Part shown: positions 55,191 through 64,000 of the stretch, in pieces | How positions within the stretch are numbered: the stretch's first letter is position 1 | Layout of the letters: the number at the start of each line of letters is the position of its first letter | Source of the DNA: an uncultured Chloroflexia bacterium | GTDB lineage: Bacteria; Chloroflexota; Limnocylindria; Limnocylindrales; CSP1-4 | DNA: 64,000 bases | Reading direction: 5' to 3' | NCBI GenBank assembly: GCA_963782715.1 | Contig: CAWAKU010000008.1 | Span: forward strand, 279,526-343,525 | Notes under the pieces: model-generated | The model's database searches: none | The model's input: only the letters and a program-made list of their open reading frames with translations | Told to the model about the DNA's origin: nothing | Position numbers and translations under genes: made by a program

Positions 55191-57186
55191 TCAGCCGCCG
55201 AGCCGCGCCACGACGCCGGCATAGTCCACGAAGAAGTCGAGCGCTCGCGGGTCGGCGACCGCGCCGGTGGCCGCGACCTCGGACAGCGGCCGGCCGAGGA
55301 GCAGCCGCTTGACAGGGACCTCCATCTTCTTGCCGGTCAGCGTCCGCGGCACGGCCGGGATCGCCACGATGTCGTCGGGCACGTGCCGTTGGGACAGCGC
55401 CGACCGGATGGCGCCGTTGATCTGGGCGCGAGTCGTGTCGTCGAGCGCCACGCCGTCGGCGAGGACCACGAACAGCGGCATCCAGTACCGTCCGTCCGGC
55501 AGCTCGAGGCCGATGACGAGGCTGTCCGCGACCTCCGGCAGCCGCTCGACGACGCTGTACAGCTCGCTCGTCCCGAACCGGATGCCGCCACGGTTGAGGG
55601 TCGAATCCGACCGACCCTCGATGACCGCGCTCCCCCGCTCGGTGATCCTGATCCAGTCGCCGTGGCGCCAGACGCCGGGGAACATCTCGAAGTAGCTCTC
55701 GCGATAGCGGGCACCGTCCGGGTCGTTCCAGAAGAAGAGCGGCATGGACGGCAGCGGCGCGGTGAGGACCAGCTCGCCGGTCTCGCCGACGACGGACCGG
55801 CCGGCCGGATCGAACGCCTCCACCCGAGCGCCGAGCGCCCGTGCCTGGAGCTCCCCGGCATGGACCGGCAGCCACGGGCAGCCGCCGACGAACGCGCTGA
55901 CGACGTCGGTCCCGCCGCTCATCGACACCAGCCAGACGTCGGGCTTGACCGCGTCATAGACCCAGCCGAAACCGTCCGGCGACAGCGGCGAGCCCGTCAC
56001 GCCGATGGAGCGGAGCGCCGACAGGTCCCGACCGTCGCGCGGTCGGATCCCCGCCTTCATGCACGCGCCGACGAACGCCGCGCTCGTCCCGAACAGGCTG
56101 ACGCGGGCCTCGGCGGCGAGGTCCCACAGCGACGTCGAGCGTCGGGTAGCCCGGGCTGCCGTCATACAGCACCGGCACGCCGCCGACCAGCATCGAGCCG
56201 ACGAGGAAGTTCCACATCATCCAGCCGGTCGTGGTGAACCACGACATGCGGTCGCCCGGTCGGACATCGAACTGGAGACCGACCGCTTTCGCGTGTTCCA
56301 GGACGACGCCGCCGTGGCCGTGGACGATCGCCTTCGGCAGGCCGGTCGTGCCCGATGAGTAGAGCACCCACAGCGGATGGTCGAACGGGACGGGTTCGAA
56401 GGTGAGCGGTTCGGCGGGACCCGAAGAGAGATCGGCCCAGGCCATCTCGCGTGGGTCACCCGGCGCGGCCTCCGGGTCGAGATATGGGATGAGGACCGTC
56501 CGCCGGAGGGACGGAAGGGCGGCCCGGAGCTCCTCGATGACCGGGCGGCGATCGAACGGCTTGCCGCCGTAGGTGTAGCCGTCGACGGCGATCAGGACCG
56601 TCGGTTCGATCTGGGCGAAGCGATCGACCAGGCTCTGCGTCCCGAAGTCGGGCGAACACGACGACCAGATCGCCCCGATGCTCGCGCAGGCGAGCAGCGC
56701 GACGACGGCCTCGGGGATATTCGGGATGACGGCCGCGACCCGATCGCCGCGACCGACCCCCAACCGTCGCAGGCCGGTCGCGACCGCCGCGACCTGGTCC
56801 GTCAGCTCCGCACCCGACACGGCTCGCAGTGGCTGCCGCTCGGACTGGAAGAGGAGCGCGGGTGCGTCGAGATCGACGCGGCCGAGGAGCGCCTCGGCGT
56901 AGTTGAGTCCGGCGCCGGCGAACCAGCGTGCACCGGGCATCACCGTGGGTTCCACGGCGTGATCCCATTGCCCGTGCATCGGGATCCGGTAGTAGTCCAC
57001 GACGGACGTCCAGAAGCCCTCGAGGTCGTCGACCGACCAGCGCCACAACGCGGCATAGCCGTCGAAGGTCAGCCCGCGTTCGCGTTCGAGCCAGCGCCGG
57101 TAGTCGGTCAGAGTCGTCGCCTCCTGGAAGGCAGCGGGCGGCTCCCACAGCAGCGCGCCTTCGGCGGACTGCGCCTGGTGGCTCAC
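55191..57186 (-). pseudogene. acetoacetyl-CoA synthetase (AMP-forming acyl-CoA ligase), frameshifted
   Basis: The N-terminal 390 aa (YSSGTTGLPKAIVHGHGG ... VLYDGSPGYP) and the C-terminal 320 aa (SLWDLAAEARVSLFGTSAAF ... TLTGKKMEVPVKRLL) are in different frames. The join lies around 56125-56150, consistent with a single 1-bp indel. Confidence 0.75.
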
Positions 57187-58388
57187 TGGACCGGTGTCCC
57201 GCCTTGGAGGACCGACCAGATCCGCGCCGGATCCAGGAGGATGGAGGGATCGGCCAGTGGATCGCCGTCCACGACCACCAGGTCGGCTCGCTTCCCGATC
57301 TCGACGGTGCCGATCTCGTCGCCCATGCCGAGTGCCTGTGCCGACCCCCAGGTGGCGGCCCGGATCGCCCTTGCCGCACCCAGCCCGCTCGCCGCGAGTC
57401 GGACGAGCTCCGTCGCACTCGCGCCGGGCGGGCCGCTGTCGTAGCCCATCGCGATCGGGACTCCGGCGGCCTGAGCGGCCAGCAGCGTCCGTCGCGCGTC
57501 GTCCGCCTGTCGCTTGGCCTGCTCGACGAGACGTGGCGCGAACTCGCCCGCGAACCGCTCAGCGAGATCGTCGAAGGTGGACAGCGTCGGGACGAGGACG
57601 ATGCCGCCCTGGGCCATCAGGTCCAGGTGCCGCGGCGACCGATGGAGCGACAACCCGTGCTCGATGGTGTCCACGCCCTCCTCGATCGCGATCGTCGCAC
57701 CGCCGAGCCCTTCGGCGTGGGCAGCTACCCGGAACCCCATCCGATGCGCCTCGTCGATGACCGCGGCGATCTCCTCCCGCGTCATCTGCGCCGGTTCCGG
57801 GTCCTCGCGTTCCACCGAGCGCGCGCCGGTCGCCATGATCTTGATGAAGTCGGCGCCGCCCCGGATCTGCTCGCGGGCCGCCTTGCGCATCTCCCAGGGC
57901 CCGTCCGCCTCGCGATACATGGTGCCGAAGATCCGCCCGCCGGGCGCGGTCGCGCTCAGGATCCGGCCGCACGACAGGATCCGCGGACCTTCGACCAGCC
58001 CGAGCTCGATGCCGCGGCGGAGAACGATGGCCTCGCCGTCGTAGCTGCCGACATCGCGGACGGTGGTGATCCCGGCGCGCAGCATGGCCCGGGCAAGCCG
58101 GACGAGCACGAAGTAGCCGAGCTCGCGCGGCCGTGGGTCGTCACCGTGGAGCGGCGGAGGGGGGCCGAACCCGGGACTCCGCTCCGTATCGCTCGAGACG
58201 TGGGCGTGCGCGTCGATCAGGCCCGGGAGCAGCGTCCGGCCACCGGCGTCGATGGCATCTTCCGGCCGATCTCCGGTCGCCTGCGCGATCGAGCGGATGT
58301 GACCGTCGTCGATGGTGACTGCCGCGCCATCGACCGGCGTGCCACCCAGGCCATCGACCAGCCGGACGTTCCAGAGCGTCCTGGTCAT
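57183..58388 (-). CDS. amidohydrolase-family protein (metal-dependent hydrolase)
   Basis: PGLIDAHAHV metal-binding start of the TIM barrel, with further His/Asp ligands. Confidence 0.8.
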   Translation of the reverse strand: MTRTLWNVRLVDGLGGTPVDGAAVTIDDGHIRSIAQATGDRPEDAIDAGGRTLLPGLIDAHAHVSSDTERSPGFGPPPPLHGDDPRPRELGYFVLVRLARAMLRAGITTVRDVGSYDGEAIVLRRGIELGLVEGPRILSCGRILSATAPGGRIFGTMYREADGPWEMRKAAREQIRGGADFIKIMATGARSVEREDPEPAQMTREEIAAVIDEAHRMGFRVAAHAEGLGGATIAIEEGVDTIEHGLSLHRSPRHLDLMAQGGIVLVPTLSTFDDLAERFAGEFAPRLVEQAKRQADDARRTLLAAQAAGVPIAMGYDSGPPGASATELVRLAASGLGAARAIRAATWGSAQALGMGDEIGTVEIGKRADLVVVDGDPLADPSILLDPARIWSVLQGGTPVQ

Positions 58389-59224
58389 CGCTGGCGGCGG
58401 ACCGGTGGCGGATCGGGCTGGGCAACGGCCTTGTTGCGAACGCCGGCGCGACTCGTCCCGGCACCGGCTCCGAGGCCGCGGACTTCCGGAGCCCGGAGAC
58501 GCCGCGCCCGGCCGCTCTTGAGCTCGTCGAGCCGGACCGGTCCGATGCGGACCCGCACCAGCCGGTCGATCGGCGCCCCGACCGCGCCGAACATCCGGCG
58601 CAGCTGCCGTTTCCAGCCCTGTGCCAGGATCGCCCGGTACCAGATGAGATCACCTGGCGGCGGCGCGAGGAGGTCCACCAGCCGGCGGGTCTCGATCTCG
58701 GTCGTCGGGCGCAAGCCGGTGAGCGTGGCGAGTCCCTCGTCGAGCGCGATCCCGGCCTTGATCGCGGTGACCTGGTCGGCAGTGAGCGGGGCGCGCAGGC
58801 CGATGGCGTACTCACGCTCGATGCCGTGGCGCGGATGGAGCACCCGGTCAGCCCACGCGCCGTCGTTGGTCAGCACGAGCAGGCCTTCGGAATCCTGGTC
58901 AAGACGGCCGACCGGGTAGAGCCGCCCACCTTCGGGCAGCATCGCCGTCGGGATCATGTCGAGGACCGTCTTCGAGGCGTGGCGATCGCGGACCGTGGAG
59001 GTCACGCCGCCGGGCTTGTGGAGCAGGATGTACTCGGGCGCCGACGCGGCGCCGATGACCCGACCGTCGACCGCGATGACCGCCGTGTCCGGATCGACCT
59101 GCATGCCGAGCTTGGCCGGCTTGCCGTCGACGGTGACGCGGCCGTTCGCGATGAGGACCTCGCTCGCCCGGCGCGATGCGACCCCGGACGCAGCCAGGAC
59201 CTTCTGGAGGCGTTCGACGGCCAT
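58385..59224 (-). CDS. rluB: pseudouridine synthase, RsuA/RluB family
   Basis: S4 domain RLQKVLAASGVASRR. Catalytic GRLD motif (YPVGRLDQDSEGLLVLTNDG). Confidence 0.85.
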   Translation of the reverse strand: MAVERLQKVLAASGVASRRASEVLIANGRVTVDGKPAKLGMQVDPDTAVIAVDGRVIGAASAPEYILLHKPGGVTSTVRDRHASKTVLDMIPTAMLPEGGRLYPVGRLDQDSEGLLVLTNDGAWADRVLHPRHGIEREYAIGLRAPLTADQVTAIKAGIALDEGLATLTGLRPTTEIETRRLVDLLAPPPGDLIWYRAILAQGWKRQLRRMFGAVGAPIDRLVRVRIGPVRLDELKSGRARRLRAPEVRGLGAGAGTSRAGVRNKAVAQPDPPPVRRQR

Positions 59225-59883
59225 CAGACGTCCGGTCCATCGGTCGGGAAGAGCGGCTCCGTGATCGGTTCCCCACCCTCCTCGGCCAGGCGCGCCGCGA
59301 CATCCGCGTCGAGCGGCGGCAGCTCGTCGAGGCTGGTCAGCCCGAACCGCTCGAGGAATTCGAAGCCGGTCCCGTACAGGAACGGCCGGCCGGGCGCGGA
59401 TGATCGCCCGAGTTCGGCAAGGAACCGGCGGTGGAGCAGCGTCCGGATGGTGTAGTCCGAGTCCACGCCACGGATGCGCTCGACGGCAGACTTCGTGACC
59501 GGCTGGCGGTAGGCGACGATGGCCAGCGTCTCGAGCGACGCAGGCGAGAGCCGGACCGCGTCTGCGCCGACATATCGAGCGACCAGCGCGCCACCCTCCG
59601 GCGCCGTCGCGAGCTCGACCCGATCGCCGTCGATGAGCAGGCGGATGCCACGATCGCGGAGCGAGACCTCAAGGTCGCCGAGACGCGCGTCGACGGTCGC
59701 CCGGTCCGTGCCCGCGAGGGACGCGATCTCTCGGCGCGACAGGGGCTTCTCGGCGACGAACAGGAGCGCCTCGAGGGCGGCCTCGGTCAGCTCGATCGGC
59801 GCGGGCGCAGGCGGCGCCTCGGTGGCGGTGGTGGCGGGTGCCACCGTCTCGGGGGCCTCGATCGGTTCGGTGGCGTCGGTCAT
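59224..59883 (-). CDS. scpB: segregation and condensation protein B
   Basis: ALEALLFVAEKPLS start and paired winged-helix organisation. Confidence 0.9.
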   Translation of the reverse strand: MTDATEPIEAPETVAPATTATEAPPAPAPIELTEAALEALLFVAEKPLSRREIASLAGTDRATVDARLGDLEVSLRDRGIRLLIDGDRVELATAPEGGALVARYVGADAVRLSPASLETLAIVAYRQPVTKSAVERIRGVDSDYTIRTLLHRRFLAELGRSSAPGRPFLYGTGFEFLERFGLTSLDELPPLDADVAARLAEEGGEPITEPLFPTDGPDV

Positions 59884-60767
59884 GCGAACGACTCCAGCGT
59901 CTCATCGATCGGCGCGTCGGCGTCCGCGGCGTCGACTCCGGCCGCTGCCTTCTCCGCGGCGGTCGTCTCGCGCGCCACGATCGGACCCCAGGGCAACGCC
60001 TGTTCGACCACGATCTCGCGCCGCTTCATGAGTTCCAGCATGGCGAGGAAGGTGATGGCGATGACGACACGGTCGCGCACGCCCGTCAGCAGGTCCTGGA
60101 GGACGACGCGCGGTGCGTCGCGCAGGGCCGACCGGATGATCTCCGCGCGCTCGGTGATGCTGATCGCGCGACCCATCGCCTCGGGCGGCGGCTCGGGCGG
60201 TGGCGCGATGGCGGCGAGGTGGGCGAGAGCTCGCGCAAGGCGCATCGGGTCCAGGGCGACCGGTTCGGGCGGTCGGGCGCCGGCCATCCCGGCCGCGCGG
60301 GCCACCGATGGTTCGCGCCGGAAGATGCCGATCCGCTCCAGTGCGTCCTCGGCGAGGCGCAGGCCGGCGTCACGGTAGGCCCGGTAGAGCAGCAGGCGGG
60401 CGCGCAGCTCGGCTTCCGGGTCCGTGCCCTCGTCGGCCAGCGCCGCCGGGTCGGTCGGGTCGGTCCGGCGCGGCAGCATCGCCCGGCTCTTGATCAGGAT
60501 CAGCTGGCTGGCGACGGAGACGAACGCGCTGATGTTGCCAAGCCGGTCGGCATCGAGCCGGCCGAGCGCGTCGAGGTACGCGTCGGCGAGTGCTCCGAGC
60601 GGCACCGTCAGGACGTCCAGCTGGCGCGCCTCGATGAGCGACAGCAGGAGCGCGAGCGGTCCCTCGAACTCGGCCATCTGGACCTGTGTCTGGCTCTCTG
60701 GCCGGCGGCCCTCACCGAAGGTGACGGCTGGACTCGTGGCCGAGGGTGGCGGCTGGGTCACGGCCAT
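59880..60767 (-). CDS. scpA: segregation and condensation protein A
   Basis: FEGPLALLLSLIE...LDVLTVPL kleisin N-terminus. Start MAVTQPP chosen in frame. Confidence 0.8.
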   Translation of the reverse strand: MAVTQPPPSATSPAVTFGEGRRPESQTQVQMAEFEGPLALLLSLIEARQLDVLTVPLGALADAYLDALGRLDADRLGNISAFVSVASQLILIKSRAMLPRRTDPTDPAALADEGTDPEAELRARLLLYRAYRDAGLRLAEDALERIGIFRREPSVARAAGMAGARPPEPVALDPMRLARALAHLAAIAPPPEPPPEAMGRAISITERAEIIRSALRDAPRVVLQDLLTGVRDRVVIAITFLAMLELMKRREIVVEQALPWGPIVARETTAAEKAAAGVDAADADAPIDETLESFA

Positions 60768-60796
60768 GACCGGGATGCCCGGCCCGCCGGAGGGCA

Positions 60797-61233
60797 TCAA
60801 TTGGCCTCGTCCGCGAGACGCAGCATCTCGCCGAACTCGGCATCGGTCGGGGCGTCCTGGTTGCGGATCAGCGCGACCGTCCGGGATGAGCATCCGGCGG
60901 CCCCGGCCAGAACGGCCGATGTCTCGGCGTGCGTCCGGAGCCGGGCCAGGGCGGCGCGCCAGCCGGGCAGGAAGGCGGTGATGTCCCAGACCCATGTCCC
61001 GTAGCGCTGGCCAAGGGTATAGGCGACGCGCGGCCCGACCCCGGTATCGCCCTTGCCGGCGTCATGGAGCAGCCCGGCGATCAGGACGTCGGGGTCGGTG
61101 GCGCCATCGGCGCGCAGTGACGCGACGACGTCGACGCCGTGGCGTCGGTCGGCGACGTGCATCGAATCGAACAGCCGTCGCTGTCCGGGGGTGGTCCAGG
61201 CCTCCAGCGCCGCACGCTCCGCGGGCGCCACAC
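60797..61233 (-). CDS. HD-domain phosphohydrolase-like protein
   Basis: HD motif LIAGLLHDAGK and upstream His (MHVADRRHG). The start is ambiguous: GTG at 61233, or ATG at 61297 overlapping the site-2 protease gene by about 30 nt. Confidence 0.5.
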
Positions 61234-61265
61234 GGGCCCGCAGGTGCGCCCGGAACTGGCGGGTC

Positions 61266-61940
61266 CTAGACGCCCACCAGGAGGCTGAAGAGCGCATCGA
61301 GGATCGGCAGGATGATCCGGCTCCCGATCGAATTCCCGAGCGGGAAGAACAGGAGCGCGAGGAGGATGATGAACCCGTACTGCTCGAGGAACGGGCGGAC
61401 CTGGTACTCGGTCCGGCGGTCCATGAACGCGAACAGCACCTTCGATCCATCGAGTGGCGGGATCGGGATGAAGTTGAAGATCATGAGCAGCAGGTTGATC
61501 TGGACGAACTGGGCCAGGATCTGGACCGGCAGGCTCCCGACGTCGAGGCTGTCGCTGGCGAGGATGAACCGCAACGGGAGTGCGGCGAGCGCCGCCAACA
61601 CGAAGTTCGATAACGGTCCCGCGGCCGCGACGAGTGCCTCACCGCGACGACCGCCCTCGAGGTTCATCGGGTTGACCGGTGTCGGCTTGGCCCAGCCGAA
61701 GCCGATCGCTCCGCCCGACGCGGCAGAGCCGATGAACGTCAGCGCCAGCAGCGTCCCGCCGACCTGGTCGAAATGGGCGATCGGGTTGAGCGTCAGGCGC
61801 CCGAACATCTTGGCCGTCCCGTCGCCCAGCCGGTACGCCGCCAGCGCGTGGCTGAATTCGTGGACCGGCAGACCGACCAGCAACATGATGGCGACGACGA
61901 TCGCGGCGGGGATGACTCGATCGAGTGTCTGCGGATCCAA
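61266..61940 (-). CDS. site-2 protease family (peptidase M50) membrane metalloprotease
   Basis: HEFSHA zinc motif in the first TM region and an LDG motif. Confidence 0.75.
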   Translation of the reverse strand: MDPQTLDRVIPAAIVVAIMLLVGLPVHEFSHALAAYRLGDGTAKMFGRLTLNPIAHFDQVGGTLLALTFIGSAASGGAIGFGWAKPTPVNPMNLEGGRRGEALVAAAGPLSNFVLAALAALPLRFILASDSLDVGSLPVQILAQFVQINLLLMIFNFIPIPPLDGSKVLFAFMDRRTEYQVRPFLEQYGFIILLALLFFPLGNSIGSRIILPILDALFSLLVGV

Positions 61941-62009
61941 ACGGCACCTTGGCTACGGGTCGAGGTCGGCGGTAATCGTAGCGGGCCTGCGCCCGGGGGT
62001 GGTCGGCCG

Positions 62010-62786
62010 TTACAGGCGCGCCAGCAGGTCCGCCTTCTTCCGCTCGTATTCCTCGGGGCTGATCGCGCCGCGGTCGCGCAGGTCGGCCAGGCTCGCCAGG
62101 GTCCGGGTGACCTCGTCGGGGTTGCTCGTCGGCCGGGCCGGCGCAGGTGCCGGGGCCGGGGCGGGCGCGGCAGGGGCTGCCGGCACCGTCGGAGTCGACG
62201 AGGTCACCGTGGCGCCGGCAGGATCGGCGGCGGTGTCACGGAGTGGCGGCGACGGAGCCCAGCCCGAGCGCTCCATGTCGACCTCGTACTCGTGCTTGGC
62301 GTCGAGCATCTTCTTCTTGAAGACGATCGGGCTGCGCATCATCCGCATCTTCTCGATGCCGCCCTCCGACGCAGTCAGCACCGTGAGGTCGCCGAAGTCG
62401 AACATCCGCCCGAACACCGACTGGCTCAGCAGGGCGTCGTTGATCTTCTCGAGCGAGCTGTCGGTGGCGGTCCGGTTGAGCACGCCTTCGACCTGGATGA
62501 CGCGACGGTTCGTGAGCACGTATTCCTGGTTGACGTAGCGAAGCGCCGTCCAGCCGGCGACGGCCAGGCCGCCGAAGAACAGGATCGCGGTCACCAGACC
62601 GAGGATCGTCGCGAGCGTCCCGCTGACGCCGTCGGATCCGAGTCCGCTCCGGAGGACGAACAGCAAGAACGCGATCACCAGCGCCAGGATCGTGTAGCGG
62701 GCACCCCAGATGAAGATGAAGGGGTGCTGCTTGTTCCGGTAGAGGATCCGCTCCCCCGTGGACAGCAACCCGTCGGCGTAGCTCAT
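62010..62786 (-). CDS. bacterial PH (YdbS/YdbT-like) domain membrane protein with C-terminal SHOCT domain
   Basis: Two TM helices, then a bPH fold. Ala/Pro-rich linker. C-terminal SHOCT-like LADLRDRGAISPEEYERKKADLLARL. Confidence 0.7.
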   Translation of the reverse strand: MSYADGLLSTGERILYRNKQHPFIFIWGARYTILALVIAFLLFVLRSGLGSDGVSGTLATILGLVTAILFFGGLAVAGWTALRYVNQEYVLTNRRVIQVEGVLNRTATDSSLEKINDALLSQSVFGRMFDFGDLTVLTASEGGIEKMRMMRSPIVFKKKMLDAKHEYEVDMERSGWAPSPPLRDTAADPAGATVTSSTPTVPAAPAAPAPAPAPAPARPTSNPDEVTRTLASLADLRDRGAISPEEYERKKADLLARL

Positions 62787-62804
62787 GTGGCAGGTGCCTC
62801 CCTC

Positions 62805-63710
62805 TCAGGCCCGCGGATGGGCCCGGCTGTAGACGTCCCGGATCCGTTCGCCGGTCAGATGCGTGTACAGCTGCGTCGTGGAGATACTCGCATGCCCGAG
62901 CAACTCCTGGACGACCCGCAGGTCGGCTCCGCCTTCGAGGAGGTGCGTCGCGAACGAGTGACGGAGGGTATGCGGGCTGACCCGCTCCGTCAGGCCGGCG
63001 GCGGTCGCGGCACGTTTGACCGCGGCCCACGCCTGCTGGCGGGCCAACCGGCCGCCGCGATCGCCGAGGAAGAGCGGCCCACCGTGGATCGGGGCGACGT
63101 GGTGCAGGGCGATGAGCGTCGCCCGCGGGCCGTCGATCCAGTCATCGAGCCAGTCGAGGGCCACCTCGCCGACCGGCACGAGCCGCTCCTTGTCGCCCTT
63201 GCCGATGACCCGCACGAACCCGCCGTCGGTGTGGAGGTCTTCGCGATCGAGGTTGATGGCTTCGCTGATGCGCAGCCCGGCGGCGTACAGGAGTTCGAGC
63301 AGCGCGCGGTCGCGCAGGTCGGTCGCGGCCTCCAGCAGGCGCCCGGTCTCGTCGACGGTGAGCGTCTCGGGCAGCAGTCGCGAAGGCCGCGGCAGATCGA
63401 GATGGGCGGCGATATCGACGCCGATCAGGCCCTCGCCGTATGCGAAGCGGTAGAACCCCTTGAGTGCGGCAGCCCGGCGTCGGAGAGAGCTCGGGGCAAG
63501 GCCCGGGTCGTTGCGCCGGCCGCGTCGGGTGCGCGCCGCCAGGTAGCCGACGGCAGCATCGGGCGACGTGGCCCATGCCCGGCTGACGCCACGCGACGCC
63601 TTGTAGTCGTGGAGGTCGGCGCGGTAGGCCCGGATCGTCGCCGGGGCGAGACCGCGCTCGACGTGGAGATAGGTCAGGTAGCCGTCGATCGCCGCGTCGA
63701 GGTCCGGCAT
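62805..63710 (-). CDS. xerD: tyrosine recombinase XerD/XerC
   Basis: Catalytic R...HxxR...Y residues (LRISEA, HTLRHSFATHLLEGGADLRVVQELLGH, TQLYTH). Conserved position next to scpAB and recN. Confidence 0.85.
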   Translation of the reverse strand: MPDLDAAIDGYLTYLHVERGLAPATIRAYRADLHDYKASRGVSRAWATSPDAAVGYLAARTRRGRRNDPGLAPSSLRRRAAALKGFYRFAYGEGLIGVDIAAHLDLPRPSRLLPETLTVDETGRLLEAATDLRDRALLELLYAAGLRISEAINLDREDLHTDGGFVRVIGKGDKERLVPVGEVALDWLDDWIDGPRATLIALHHVAPIHGGPLFLGDRGGRLARQQAWAAVKRAATAAGLTERVSPHTLRHSFATHLLEGGADLRVVQELLGHASISTTQLYTHLTGERIRDVYSRAHPRA

Positions 63711-63716
63711 ACGGCG

Positions 63717-64000
63717 TCAGCCGGCGTGCGCGACCCCGACGCGCCAGGCCTCGGCACGGTCGAGGAGCTCGCGGGCGCTCGCCAGGGTCGCCGCGCCGCC
63801 CACATCCCCGCCGAGCATCTGGGCGAGCTCGACGATCCGGCCCTCACGGTCGAGATGCTCGATCTCCGTCACGGTGCGGCCATCGCGTTCGCGCTTGGCG
63901 ATGCGGAAATGGGCGTCGGCGTGCGCCGCGATCTGGGGCAGGTGGGTCACGCACAGGACCTGGTGACGACGGGCCAGCGCCCACAGGCTGCGTCCGATCG
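63717..64000 (-). CDS. recN: DNA repair protein RecN, C-terminal part; 5' end lies outside the window
   Basis: C-terminal signature VCVTHLPQIAAHADAHFRIAKRER...ELAQMLGG. The ORF is open to the window edge. Confidence 0.8.
   Translation of the reverse strand, partial: IGRSLWALARRHQVLCVTHLPQIAAHADAHFRIAKRERDGRTVTEIEHLDREGRIVELAQMLGGDVGGAATLASARELLDRAEAWRVGVAHAG

Noticed and set aside
60797-61450. Full 217-aa ORF for the HD-domain gene
   Set aside because: Its N-terminal 70 residues are a Ser/Arg-rich low-complexity shadow overlapping the site-2 protease gene in another frame. Only the C-terminal 145 aa carry HD motifs, so a shorter start was used.
62805-63710. XerD as the integrase of the tRNA-Arg island
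   Set aside because: It lies 49 kb away inside the conserved recN-xerD-scpAB-cmk-der block, the canonical chromosomal dimer-resolution context. It has no tRNA or repeat association.

Overview
This is a GC-rich (about 70% GC) bacterial chromosomal window, dense in genes on both strands. Gene content resembles a high-GC Gram-positive (Actinomycetota-like) genome, but I cannot assign lineage from sequence alone.

The right third (about 50-64 kb) is a conserved housekeeping block: gpsA, der, ispH, plsC, cmk, a frameshifted acetoacetyl-CoA synthetase, an amidohydrolase, rluB, scpB, scpA, an HD-domain protein, a site-2 protease, a PH/SHOCT protein, xerD and the 3' part of recN.

The middle holds metabolic and redox genes:
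- dcd, nrdR, etfAB and two acyl-CoA dehydrogenases
- a moeA-moaC-mogA operon that runs into a membrane Fe-S reductase
- pfk and an aldehyde dehydrogenase
- a ccdA/resA thiol-disulfide operon
- a receptor-type adenylate cyclase

The left about 14 kb looks accessory.
- A four-gene carbamoyl-phosphate cluster comes first: the 3' end of a PLP enzyme, an ATCase-like gene, a YgeW-type carbamoyltransferase and a carbamate kinase.
- It is followed by two gene remnants. One of them, a nucleoside 2-deoxyribosyltransferase-like gene, is broken by a peculiar imperfect tandem duplication with AT-rich filler.
- Then comes a roughly 8.4-kb stretch bounded by an intact tRNA-Arg(CCT). It is punctuated by four direct copies of that tRNA's 3' end, two of them pseudo-tRNA-length. 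This is the architecture expected for serial integrations at a tRNA, but no integrase is present.

The most distinctive recurring theme is three paralogous modules of an ECF sigma factor with a membrane anti-sigma carrying a TolB/PD40-like beta-propeller. One module also has a lipoprotein paralogue of the anti-sigma sensor domain with conserved Cys pairs.

Two further genes are broken by single-base frameshifts: a HemL-like aminotransferase and the acetoacetyl-CoA synthetase. No CRISPR array, rRNA or phage structural genes were seen.
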